Below, piece by piece: positions 9,403 to 19,797 of a DNA stretch of 64,000 nt. Made by a program: the position numbers and the translations under genes. How positions within the stretch are numbered: the stretch's first letter is position 1; the number at the start of each line of letters is the position of its first letter. The notes beneath the pieces are model-generated. The model worked only from the letters and a program-made list of their open reading frames with translations. It did not search any database and had not been told where the DNA came from. Source of the DNA: Alphaproteobacteria bacterium. Lineage in GTDB: Bacteria > Pseudomonadota > Alphaproteobacteria > SHNJ01. The DNA lies in the NCBI GenBank assembly GCA_004295055.1, contig SHNJ01000031.1, positions 170,898-234,897 of the forward strand, given 5' to 3'.

Positions 9403-9987
9403 ATGGCCGTATTGCTTGAAAAATCATATAATCCCAAAGGCTTAAATGGTAAAGTTCAAGCTAAGGGCGTAGCTTATGGCCGAGTAATGGTAACGCTGGA
9501 AACACGTTATGGCCCTGTTCGCGGAATCGGCAAAACTCATGATGAAGCGCTTCGTGACGCCCAGCGCAGGAAAAGGGAGCTTGAAAGCGTCAATGACGCC
9601 GAAGCGACCGTAAGATTCAACCGCCTTGTCGAGGAACGGCGTTTGGCGATTTTGGCCGGTGCCGCGCACGGCCGGCGCGAAAAGGTCAACGTGATTTTGC
9701 ACCCGCCACAACAACAAAGATCGCCGCGCGACCGCGTCGATTCGCAAAATCCTAATGGCCGTGCGCATGTACGGTTGCAGACAACCGACGGCCAGGTACG
9801 CATGTTTGTCGCCAAAAATTATAATGCCAGGGAAATCGCAAGTATTGCGGTCAGCACAGGTGTACAAAATATTCGCCCGGCGGCGGATGGTGTAACGCCG
9901 CAAAACGGCGCGGGGATCACAAACGCCGCATTGACGCTCGCCGTTGCGCGCGGATTGGTCTATACCGGTGGCCGCGCCGCCGCTTAG
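9403..9987 (+). CDS. Hypothetical protein (orphan)
   Basis: 194-aa ORF with its own near-consensus promoter and SD AAAGGA; no family recognised. Confidence 0.75.
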   Translation: MAVLLEKSYNPKGLNGKVQAKGVAYGRVMVTLETRYGPVRGIGKTHDEALRDAQRRKRELESVNDAEATVRFNRLVEERRLAILAGAAHGRREKVNVILHPPQQQRSPRDRVDSQNPNGRAHVRLQTTDGQVRMFVAKNYNAREIASIAVSTGVQNIRPAADGVTPQNGAGITNAALTLAVARGLVYTGGRAAA

Positions 9988-10014
9988 ATTTTTCTTTTTT
10001 AACTTGTCAACGGA

Positions 10015-10057
10015 TAAAAATCGGCGTCGCCGACGAGATAGGGGCGTTTGTCATCCT
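10015..10057. repeat. 43-bp direct repeat, copy 1 (duplicate of the 3' tail of ORF 11541-12260)
   Basis: TAAAAATCGGCGTCGCCGACGAGATAGGGGCGTTTGTCATCCT, identical to 11554-11596. Confidence 0.95.
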
Positions 10058-10103
10058 GAGCGTAGCGCAGCGAAGTCGAAGGATCTTTTGAATTGAGAAT
10101 GAC
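10048..10103. repeat. REP/MITE-like palindromic element, family A (right arm truncated)
   Basis: TTGTCATCCTGAGCG...GAAGGATCT left arm as at 20690; right arm reduced to TGAGAATGAC. Confidence 0.75.
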
Positions 10104-10110
10104 GCCTAGT

Positions 10111-10149
10111 AAAAAAACCCGCTGTTTGTACACAGCGGGTTTTTGTTTT
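10111..10149. terminator. Intrinsic terminator (bidirectional-type)
   Basis: AAAAACCCGCTGT stem, short loop, ACAGCGGGTTTTT; A-run and T-run on both sides; just past the stop of ORF 10163-11461. Confidence 0.8.
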
Positions 10150-10162
10150 AAGAATGCAGTAA

Positions 10163-11461
10163 TTATTTACCAACTTTAGTTTTTGGTCCTTTGCCGCCGG
10201 CCAAGCCGAAGGTAAGAATTTTTACCAGATCGAATCTAACTCTATTTCCAGAGGCTGGGGCCGCAACCGGAGTCGATCCATCGGCAGCAGTTGCGCCGTT
10301 TCCTGCCGCTGGTGCCGCCGTTTTCGCAGCAGCAGCCAATGCTGCTTTTTCAGCTTTCAGTTTTCTTTCTTGCGCTTTTTGTCCAATCGATTGCCAGGCT
10401 AAACCCAGTTGAAACTCGCTAAATACTTCACCCGGTACTTTGCCTGATCCGCCAAATTGCTTGATAAGGCCTTCTGCGGCAGTCTTGGCGATTGTAGCCA
10501 CAGTTTCCAGCAAATCTGTCGTTGGTTTAAGGCGCTTTTGCAATGCTTCTTCGGCTTGTTCCGCAGACGTCAATTCGCTTCTTTTGGCTTCTAGGTTTGC
10601 GGCGGCTTGGTCGCCTTTTGCTTTGGCGGCAAGAGTAACGGCGTCCTTGGCGCGATCAACCGTATCTTTTGCTTGGCGCAAAGGTCCGTATACGCTCGCC
10701 TCGGCATTCTGCATAATTCCTAAAATGCCGTTGCTGACGGTGATAATTGCCGCTGGGTCGTCTTTATACAGATGCGGTTTTCCATCTTGTCTTGGCAAAC
10801 GAAGCAAAGCCACCAAGGCATGAATTCCGGTCCAGTTATTCAATTCATTTTTTAATAGAATCGTTCTTAACTCGCCCATTCTTTTGCGAATTCTATCGGG
10901 GGCGGTTGCGCCTTCTTTTGGCGTAGTTCCTTTTTTAATCACTTCGGCTTTGGCACGCCAATCTGTAACGATGGCAGCGGCAAGCTCTCCTGCCACCTCA
11001 GCGCCTTTTAATTCTCTCACTTGTCTTACCAAATTTGGAGCAATAAGAAATGCAACCATTGCAGAAAGCGCTTTTTTGCCGGCATCATTCAATGGGGCAG
11101 GGGCAGTCAGCGTTGCCGGTGTTTCAGGAGTAGTTGCTTCAGGAGCCGCTGTTTCAGTGGTAGCCGATTCAGGGGTAGCTGCTTCCGCAGTAGCAGCAGT
11201 ATCGGCTTGTGCCACAGGTTCTGTTTGTGCGGCAGGTTCCGGCGATGGTACCGGTTCCGGAGGAATGGCGACGGCTTCGGTCCCAATTTGATCTGCGGTA
11301 CGGAACACATTATCAAACACTACCCAGCGTTCGATAGGACTTAATCGCATGGCTTCCACAACCGAGCGAATAATTGCTTCATCCGAAATTTTGGTGGCAA
11401 TATCCAATTCGCCGGCCATATTGGTAATCAAATTTAGTTCAGCCAAAGTTTTTAACGCCAT
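10163..11461 (-). CDS. Hypothetical protein (orphan, Ala/Thr/Pro-rich linkers, helical core)
   Basis: 432-aa ORF, strong SD GAGGAGGA, own terminator; no family recognised. Confidence 0.85.
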   Translation of the reverse strand: MALKTLAELNLITNMAGELDIATKISDEAIIRSVVEAMRLSPIERWVVFDNVFRTADQIGTEAVAIPPEPVPSPEPAAQTEPVAQADTAATAEAATPESATTETAAPEATTPETPATLTAPAPLNDAGKKALSAMVAFLIAPNLVRQVRELKGAEVAGELAAAIVTDWRAKAEVIKKGTTPKEGATAPDRIRKRMGELRTILLKNELNNWTGIHALVALLRLPRQDGKPHLYKDDPAAIITVSNGILGIMQNAEASVYGPLRQAKDTVDRAKDAVTLAAKAKGDQAAANLEAKRSELTSAEQAEEALQKRLKPTTDLLETVATIAKTAAEGLIKQFGGSGKVPGEVFSEFQLGLAWQSIGQKAQERKLKAEKAALAAAAKTAAPAAGNGATAADGSTPVAAPASGNRVRFDLVKILTFGLAGGKGPKTKVGK

Positions 11462-11540
11462 AATGTCCTCCTCATGAAAATACTATGGCCGTGAACATAA
11501 CGAACGTTCACTAAAAAAGAAACACTAATTTTATTTCAAT

Positions 11541-12260
11541 TTAGACTAGGGGGTAAAAATCGGCGTCGCCGACGAGATAGGGGCGTTTGTCATCCTCTAA
11601 CTCATTCCACAATAATCCATAATGTTTTGGCAGGCTCCAGGCTAGGTAATTCATCACATTCTGGAAATCTTGCGGCGCGGCAAAATCGCGCTGTTTTAAC
11701 GAAAATACCAGGTTTTGCCGTGGGCTCATATCCCGGATATAGACCGACGCGACGCCCGGCGTTTGCACGCCCAACTGATTCAGACGGCCGGCAATGTTCT
11801 TCTTTACATAATGGGGTAGGTAATGATCGCTGGGACAGCCGATCATTATCCGCGCGCTGTTGGGCACTTTGAACAGACTTAATTTTTGATCGGCGTCGGT
11901 GCCGATTTGCTCGGCATCTCCGGCACCGCGCGGTTTAAAGAAAAATCCATATTCATGCAGCGACCAGACATCGCCGTAATGCAGAACATAATGGCTTTGG
12001 CCGAAATCGAATACCACGCCGCATCCAATTTCCACCAAATCCGGCAGAATCGATTTGAAATCGGCATCTGGCATCGCGGCCGGGCTGCGAATTGGCAGAT
12101 ATTGCAATCCATCTGGCCCGGTAATCAATTCCGGCTGCAATGGATTTGGTTTTTGCACGGGCAAGCCAAGGATGGCGGATTCAAATTGTTTATACCAATC
12201 GGCATCGCGCGCTGACGTATCGGCGCGTAAAAGACTGGCAATTTGATCCAATATGCTCAT
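11541..12260 (-). CDS. Conserved hypothetical protein
   Basis: 239 aa; GPDGLQYL, YVLHYGDVWSLHEYGFF, IMIGCPSDHYLPHYV and LAWSLPKHYGL resemble an uncharacterised proteobacterial family; no name assignable. Confidence 0.75.
   Translation of the reverse strand: MSILDQIASLLRADTSARDADWYKQFESAILGLPVQKPNPLQPELITGPDGLQYLPIRSPAAMPDADFKSILPDLVEIGCGVVFDFGQSHYVLHYGDVWSLHEYGFFFKPRGAGDAEQIGTDADQKLSLFKVPNSARIMIGCPSDHYLPHYVKKNIAGRLNQLGVQTPGVASVYIRDMSPRQNLVFSLKQRDFAAPQDFQNVMNYLAWSLPKHYGLLWNELEDDKRPYLVGDADFYPLV
11554..11596. repeat. 43-bp direct repeat, copy 2 (inside the coding 3' end, DDKRPYLVGDADF)
   Basis: Identical to 10015-10057. Confidence 0.95.
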
Positions 12261-12316
12261 GTTACAAACTATCCGGCAAATAATTGCCGTGCTTATGCGC
12301 TAAATCCAAGCGCGGC

Positions 12317-14209
12317 TTAGTATAACGTTTCCAAAGCCTTTTCGTTCACGTGAACGGTAAACCGTTGACGCAAAGCGGATTGCAACTGATCGGAAATATC
12401 CTGCGATAATTCTTTTTTCAATTGCATGGCCAAAGCCATCTCGCCTTCCATCTTTTCTTTCGTCGGATGTACGGCGGTTAACTGGGCAATGGTCAGGCCG
12501 TTTTGGCTTGGCACACGCGCCAATTGACTTTTATCGACGGCAAAAATCGCTTTTGCCGCCTTGTCGCCTACGGAACCGGTGCGGGTGGCGCCTTTAATTT
12601 CGCGTGTGGACAATCCATAGGCTTTGGCAATATCGTTCAATGTTTTGCCGTTGCGGAATTGATCCGACAATTTCACGTAAATTTCCTGCCCGGTTTTTTC
12701 CATGTCTTGGGCTTGCCAGGATTTCAATGCTTTCTCCCGCACTTCGGTCAAAGCTTTCAGGCGCGATGGGGTGACTTCATCGACATGAACAACGTAAAAT
12801 CCGCCTTCATCCGCTTCGGTCAGGCCGCTGTTTTTACCGGCGTCGGTGCTGAACGCAACGGTCAGCAATTTCGAAAAGTTTTTCTTGGTCACGAAATTGT
12901 TGATTTTGCCTTGGGCATCGCGGCCTTCGCGGTCGATCGATGAAACGGTTACGATTTCGGCCGGAATTTTTTTAGAAATTTCGGCAAAGCTGGCGCCGCC
13001 GGCGATTTCATCCTGCAAAGTATCCGATAGCTTATATAGGCGTTCGGACGATTGCTCCAACGCCAATTTCTGCGCCAGTTCCGATTTCACTTCGGCAAAG
13101 CTTTTGGTTTTTGCTGGGGTGATTTTTTCGGTCACTACGATATGCCAGCCCAATTTGGTTTGCACTGGCGCGGCGGCTTGGCCTTGCTTGGCGTCAAACG
13201 CCGGGCCTTGCAATTCGGTTGGCAAATCCTGGCGGCGCATCGATCCAAGATCTATGGTGTTGCCATTGTTCGCTTTTGCGGCTGTTTCAAGCGACTTTTT
13301 ATCTTTGGTAATCGCTGCATAGGCTTTGTCCGCGTTTTCTTTGGATGTGAACAATGCTTGGCGCAATGTACGGAATTCCGGCAAGTCATATTCGGACTTA
13401 TGCGATTCATAAGCCTGCTTTAATTCTTCCTCGCTGATTTTGATATCTTTGGCGATATTTTCCGGATTCAGCACCAACACCGATAATTTACGGTATTCAG
13501 GGGTGGAGAAATCTTCCTTATTGGCTTCGATAAATTGGTTTAGATCGGTATCGCTAGGCTGGCCGATTTTGTCTTTGCCCAGCAATTTGGCAAATTGCCC
13601 GTATTTGGCATAAGGAATATCGGCCAAGGCCATATCGCGGGTTTCATTATCGAACTGGAACATCGCTTTGTGCAAAGCTTCGGGCAAATAGATGTTGTCC
13701 GCCAAGGCATAGCCCAATTGGCTGGTTACGGCGCGGCGGCGCAACATGGCTAAATATTGCGATTCGGTCCAGCCGTTAGCCTGTAAAATTGTGCGGAATT
13801 TTTGCGCTGAAAATTTGTGGGTGGTTTCGTCTTCGAAGGAACGGTCTTGGGCGATTTGCCTTTTTAACGCTTCGTCAGAAACAGCCAAGCCCATGGATGT
13901 GGCTTCCTCGATGAATAATTTTTCGGTAATCCATTGCTGAATATTGCTTTGCGCAACGGCCGCGCGTATTTGAGGATTGTCGGCAATGCCGGAATTGGTC
14001 ATTTGCTTGTAAGCTTGGAAGTAACGGTCGACCATGCTGCGCAGTTGTTCCGGGCTTAGATTGTTTTCTTCGACACGGGCGATGGTGGTGTCGCTGCCCC
14101 GTCCGCGAAAAATATCGCCGATACCCCAGATCGCAAAGCTTAGAATCAAAACGACGAATAATGCCTTGACGACAATCGAGCTCGCTTTGCTGCGCAAAAA
14201 TTGTAACAT
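12317..14209 (-). CDS. ppiD: Periplasmic folding chaperone PpiD (SurA N-terminal + parvulin domains)
   Basis: MLQFLRSKASSIVVKALFVVLILSFAIWGIGDIFRG; FSTPEYRKL; APVQTKLGWHIV; divergent from tpiA as usual. Confidence 0.88.
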   Translation of the reverse strand: MLQFLRSKASSIVVKALFVVLILSFAIWGIGDIFRGRGSDTTIARVEENNLSPEQLRSMVDRYFQAYKQMTNSGIADNPQIRAAVAQSNIQQWITEKLFIEEATSMGLAVSDEALKRQIAQDRSFEDETTHKFSAQKFRTILQANGWTESQYLAMLRRRAVTSQLGYALADNIYLPEALHKAMFQFDNETRDMALADIPYAKYGQFAKLLGKDKIGQPSDTDLNQFIEANKEDFSTPEYRKLSVLVLNPENIAKDIKISEEELKQAYESHKSEYDLPEFRTLRQALFTSKENADKAYAAITKDKKSLETAAKANNGNTIDLGSMRRQDLPTELQGPAFDAKQGQAAAPVQTKLGWHIVVTEKITPAKTKSFAEVKSELAQKLALEQSSERLYKLSDTLQDEIAGGASFAEISKKIPAEIVTVSSIDREGRDAQGKINNFVTKKNFSKLLTVAFSTDAGKNSGLTEADEGGFYVVHVDEVTPSRLKALTEVREKALKSWQAQDMEKTGQEIYVKLSDQFRNGKTLNDIAKAYGLSTREIKGATRTGSVGDKAAKAIFAVDKSQLARVPSQNGLTIAQLTAVHPTKEKMEGEMALAMQLKKELSQDISDQLQSALRQRFTVHVNEKALETLY

Positions 14210-14374
14210 ACCGCTTACCTCTTATTATTACAGTTTAGAACCGATACGGATAAAGCGTTAGAATCATAAAATCAAGTGATTTGATAAGGTTTGGGGTACC
14301 GGCCCCGATAGTTTTAGGCTATATAATATTCGTCCGAATATAACGAAATCCCTGAAACCTTATAATAGAAACCC

Positions 14375-15124
14375 ATGAAATACATTATCGGCAATTGGAA
14401 AATGAATGGATCCAAGGATATGGCTTGGAAATTATCCCTGGATCTGCATCAGTTTTTGGCAGCCAATACCAATGTTCAGGCAAAAATGGTGATTTGCCCG
14501 CCGTTTCCGTATTTGCCGGTGACACACGATTTTCTGGCCAGGCACGATTCGAAATTGGGATTGGGCGGCCAGGATTGTTCGGACAAAGAATCCGGGGCAT
14601 TTACCGGCGATATTTCCGCAACCATGTTGCACGATGCCGGATGCGAATATGTCATCGTAGGGCATAGCGAGCGCCGGCAATATCATCAAGAAGCCGATTC
14701 CTTGATTGCCCAAAAAATAGTCGCCGGACAAAAATCGGGTTTGAATGTTGTATTGTGTATTGGCGAAACCAAGGATCAACGCGAAGCCGGAAAAACCATG
14801 GCGATTCTCAGTACCCAATTAAAAGGTTGCTTGATTGCCGGCATTGATTCGAAGAAATTAATTGTCGCTTATGAACCGGTGTGGGCGATTGGTACGGGAT
14901 TAAATGCGACCGGCGATGATATTGTCACCGCGCATGCGCACATCAAAAAAGAATTAACGTCTATCTTGGGACAGGGTGGTCAAGCCATTGCTATTTTATA
15001 CGGCGGCTCGGTCAAAGCGTCGAATGCGAAAGAAATTTTATCGGCGCCGGGTGTCGATGGGGTTTTGGTCGGCGGCGCCAGTTTAAAGGCGGATGAATTT
15101 ACCGCGATTTATCAGGCCGCTTAA
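14375..15124 (+). CDS. tpiA: Triosephosphate isomerase
   Basis: IIGNWKMNG, GAFTGDISA, VGHSERR, AYEPVWAIGTG, YGGSVK, LVGGASL. Confidence 0.98.
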   Translation: MKYIIGNWKMNGSKDMAWKLSLDLHQFLAANTNVQAKMVICPPFPYLPVTHDFLARHDSKLGLGGQDCSDKESGAFTGDISATMLHDAGCEYVIVGHSERRQYHQEADSLIAQKIVAGQKSGLNVVLCIGETKDQREAGKTMAILSTQLKGCLIAGIDSKKLIVAYEPVWAIGTGLNATGDDIVTAHAHIKKELTSILGQGGQAIAILYGGSVKASNAKEILSAPGVDGVLVGGASLKADEFTAIYQAA

Positions 15125-15702
15125 CGAACCCGCGTTAAATCACCGTTTGCTCCGACTAAATATTCGGCTAGATCCCGTCTGTTGCGGGGGAATAAAAGAC
15201 GTGTTTTAACTTCGGAATCTGGGACGCCTGCGCTGCGGCGCTGAACCCAAAGAGGCGCGGGAGCGCTATAATGAACCGGTCTAGGCCGGGGATAATGCAC
15301 ATGAAATAATTGTGTCGTAGTGGTTGTGGGTCCTCTACATAAACGTACTTCTACAAAATCATCTTGTCTAAGTTGGACCAAAGGAGCCTGGACATATTTA
15401 ATTCCTACCGCAGCCATGCGTACAATATTTTCTTTGCCCAAATCCGGAAGGAAAAGTTGGGAGATGTCTCCCACGCTTTGGCAGGTTAATATGATGATTG
15501 GATTATTCGTGCCGCTGCATTTCCATTGTTTTAAAATCGGGCACCAGCTGTTGGTGACTGCTATGCCTGCTGTGACCATGGCGCGTGCTCTTTCCGCGCG
15601 GCCCATTTTATTGCTAGGATCAAATGTTTCTACCAATCTACCACTGGCTTTGGACAAATCTTTTGCAGGCATACCATCGTTGGTCAAGAATCTTATAGTC
15701 AT
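15121..15702 (-). CDS. Hypothetical protein (orphan), convergent with tpiA
   Basis: 193-aa ORF; its stop overlaps the tpiA stop in a shared TTAA; SD GAGGGA upstream. Confidence 0.65.
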   Translation of the reverse strand: MTIRFLTNDGMPAKDLSKASGRLVETFDPSNKMGRAERARAMVTAGIAVTNSWCPILKQWKCSGTNNPIIILTCQSVGDISQLFLPDLGKENIVRMAAVGIKYVQAPLVQLRQDDFVEVRLCRGPTTTTTQLFHVHYPRPRPVHYSAPAPLWVQRRSAGVPDSEVKTRLLFPRNRRDLAEYLVGANGDLTRVR

Positions 15703-15783
15703 GTGTATCCCTCGCTATTTTCCAAAAGCTTTCAATTATATTCCTAAAGAATACAGTATACAATAGTATTTTAAAGGGGTTTC

Positions 15784-15908
15784 CCGGCAAAATTATCCTT
15801 GCACAGGAATAGGATAAGCCGAAATTTTTTGCTGGATTTCTGGGGGCGTTTCAGGTAAAAAATCCTGACCACCAAGCCCATGGTCAGTTTTGCCCATGGG
15901 TTTTTTGT
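15784..15908 (+). promoter_or_regulatory. Structured leader or small RNA ending in an intrinsic terminator, upstream of secG
   Basis: Stem-loop 15784-15835; alternative hairpins 15851-15868 and 15865-15887; terminator stem CCCATGG/CCATGGG 15877-15900 followed by a T-run. Confidence 0.45.
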
Positions 15909-15944
15909 TTGGATTTTAGAAATTACAATAAAAAGAGGCAGCTT

Positions 15945-16280
15945 ATGACAACGGTTATTTTGGTCATTCATTTATTGATTACGGTATTTTTGATCGGCTT
16001 TATTATGTTGCAACGCAGTGAAGGCGGCGCGCTCGGCATGGGTGGCGGCGGCATGGGCGGTTTGATGAACGCGCGCGGTTCGGCCAATTTCCTGACCCGT
16101 ACCACCAAATATTTGGGCATCGCGTTTTTTGCGACCTCGATCATTTTGGCATTACTGTCTAGCTCGCACACCAATGGCGGATCGTTCGCCGATCAAATTC
16201 AAAATTCGACCACACAAGAAGCGCCAGCAACCGCGCCAAAGGAAAATAATTCCGAACCTTCGGCTCCATTACCGAAGTAG
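15945..16280 (+). CDS. secG: Preprotein translocase subunit SecG
   Basis: VILVIHLLITVFLIGFIMLQRSEGGALGMGGG...RGSANFLTRTT; ATG 15945 after SD AGAGG. Confidence 0.95.
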   Translation: MTTVILVIHLLITVFLIGFIMLQRSEGGALGMGGGGMGGLMNARGSANFLTRTTKYLGIAFFATSIILALLSSSHTNGGSFADQIQNSTTQEAPATAPKENNSEPSAPLPK

Positions 16281-16310
16281 TAGACGGCAGGCGGTAGACA
16301 GTAGACGGTA
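16280..16310. repeat. Short heptamer tandem repeat (GTAGACG-like x4)
   Basis: GTAGACG GCAGGCG GTAGACA GTAGACG GTA in the secG-pyrG spacer. Confidence 0.6.
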
Positions 16311-16311
16311 A

Positions 16312-17982
<1,671 letters not shown>

Positions 17983-18002
17983 CCTCTCACAAGGAGACCG
18001 CT

Positions 18003-18881
18003 ATGCCCAAAACAACCTTATCCTTCTATCTCCACATCATCGCCGTCGCGGTGGTTGTGTTTGCGATTGGTAGCTGGTTTGGCGGACAGAAATCGGATCA
18101 ACCGGCATCGGTAAAAACGGAATCTGTCTATGATCGCGTTGTGGCGGCCAAAAAAATACGCTGTGGATTTCTGACCTGGCCTCCCTTGCAGGAAAAAGAT
18201 TTGACCACCGGCAAATTGACTGGGCCGATTACCGAATATGTGGAAGAAGTGGGCAAGGCGCTGGATCTGGAAATTGTCTGGCAGGAAGAAATCAATCTTG
18301 GCACCTATTTAGAAGATTTAAAAAATAACCGGTTCGATGTGGAATGCAGCGGCGGCTGGCCGACCGCGCACCGGGCGAAGTTCGCCGAATATTTGCAGCC
18401 GGTATTCTTTTTACCCTATCATATTTTTGTGCGTGCGGATGATAATCGATTTTCTAAAATCGAAGATTTGAATTCCGCCGACCTTACTGCGGCGGTTATG
18501 GATGGTGAAAATTCCGCGATGACGCGCGATAAACTTTTCCCCGCTACCAAAACTTTGCAAGTACCAGGGAATGGCCAGGTTTCGGATTTGTTTTTGGCGG
18601 TATCGACCGGCAAGGCGGATTTTACCATTGTCGATTCGATTTCGGCCAAGCAATTCATGGCCAGTAATCCGGAAAGTTTAAAATTTTTAACGCCGGATAA
18701 ACCGATTAGCCATATCGCCATTACTTTGTCAGTTGCCCCGAACCAAGAGCGCTTAAAACATATGCTGGAAGAAACCACTAAACAGCTGGTTTATGACGGC
18801 ACGATCGACAAAATTTTAAATAAATACGATCCAGACAAAAAACTATATGTCCGGGTAGCTAAACCGTTTGCGGGACAATAA
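18003..18881 (+). CDS. Solute-binding protein, PBP type 2 / family 3-like (paralogue 1)
   Basis: N-terminal hydrophobic anchor, YDRVVAAKKIRCGF, DLKNNRFDV, DLFLAVSTGKADF, DGTIDKILNKY. True start is ATG 18003 (SD AAGGAG), not 17808. Confidence 0.85.
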   Translation: MPKTTLSFYLHIIAVAVVVFAIGSWFGGQKSDQPASVKTESVYDRVVAAKKIRCGFLTWPPLQEKDLTTGKLTGPITEYVEEVGKALDLEIVWQEEINLGTYLEDLKNNRFDVECSGGWPTAHRAKFAEYLQPVFFLPYHIFVRADDNRFSKIEDLNSADLTAAVMDGENSAMTRDKLFPATKTLQVPGNGQVSDLFLAVSTGKADFTIVDSISAKQFMASNPESLKFLTPDKPISHIAITLSVAPNQERLKHMLEETTKQLVYDGTIDKILNKYDPDKKLYVRVAKPFAGQ

Positions 18882-18884
18882 TCA

Positions 18885-19790
18885 ATGCCAAAAACAACTT
18901 TATCATTCTATCTCCATATCGTCGCGGTTGCGGTGATCGTATTTGCAATTGGCAATTGGGTTGGTGGGCAAAAATCGGATCATAGTAGCGTAGCAAAAAC
19001 CGAATCCGCTTATGACCGCGTCATGCGCACCAAAACTATTCGTTGCGGGTATTATCTTTTTGCGCCGGTAATGTCTCAGGATGCGAATACGGGCGAGATC
19101 AAAGGTTTTGCCAAAGATGTATGGGAAGAATTCGGCAAGAAACTGGATCTAAAAATCGAGTGGACAGAGAAGGTTGATTTCCCGACCATGTGGCAAGGTC
19201 TGCAAACCAATCGGTATGATGCGCTTTGCTCGCCCGTGTGGGCGATGGCGCAGTCCAGCAAAGCGGCGGTGTTTACCCAGCCGCTATTTTATGCCGCCGT
19301 TTATCCATGGGTGCGCGGGGATGACCATAGATTCGATAATAATGCGGCGGCGATTAATCAACCTTCGACCCGTATCGTAACGCAGGATGGCAATCTGTTG
19401 ACGGTTGTTGCGGCACAGGCTTTTCCGCAAGCTGGTATTTACAGCATGTCGCCCAACGTGCCTTACAGCGATGCGCCGATGATTGTCGGCGACAATAAAG
19501 CCGACATTATATTATGGGACACCAACGGCGTGCATGATTATTTGCGCGCTAATCCGGGCGCCTTGCGGCAAATTCCCGGCATTGCGCCTTTGCAAATTTT
19601 TCCGTTTACAATTGCCTTTAAATCGGGCGAGCATGATTTGACGGCCATGTTCAATACTTCTATCGGCGAAATGCTGAATAACGGCCAAATCAATCATATT
19701 TTAGCGAAATGGGAAATTGCGCCCGGAGATTTTCTGCGCGTCGATAATCCTTATAAATCTCCGCAACCTATTGCTTCACAGACCCAGTAA
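18885..19790 (+). CDS. Solute-binding protein, PBP type 2 / family 3-like (paralogue 2)
   Basis: YDRVMRTKTIRCGY, LQTNRYDALC, GDNKADII, NGQINHILAKW. Confidence 0.85.
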   Translation: MPKTTLSFYLHIVAVAVIVFAIGNWVGGQKSDHSSVAKTESAYDRVMRTKTIRCGYYLFAPVMSQDANTGEIKGFAKDVWEEFGKKLDLKIEWTEKVDFPTMWQGLQTNRYDALCSPVWAMAQSSKAAVFTQPLFYAAVYPWVRGDDHRFDNNAAAINQPSTRIVTQDGNLLTVVAAQAFPQAGIYSMSPNVPYSDAPMIVGDNKADIILWDTNGVHDYLRANPGALRQIPGIAPLQIFPFTIAFKSGEHDLTAMFNTSIGEMLNNGQINHILAKWEIAPGDFLRVDNPYKSPQPIASQTQ

Positions 19791-19797
19791 AAACATT

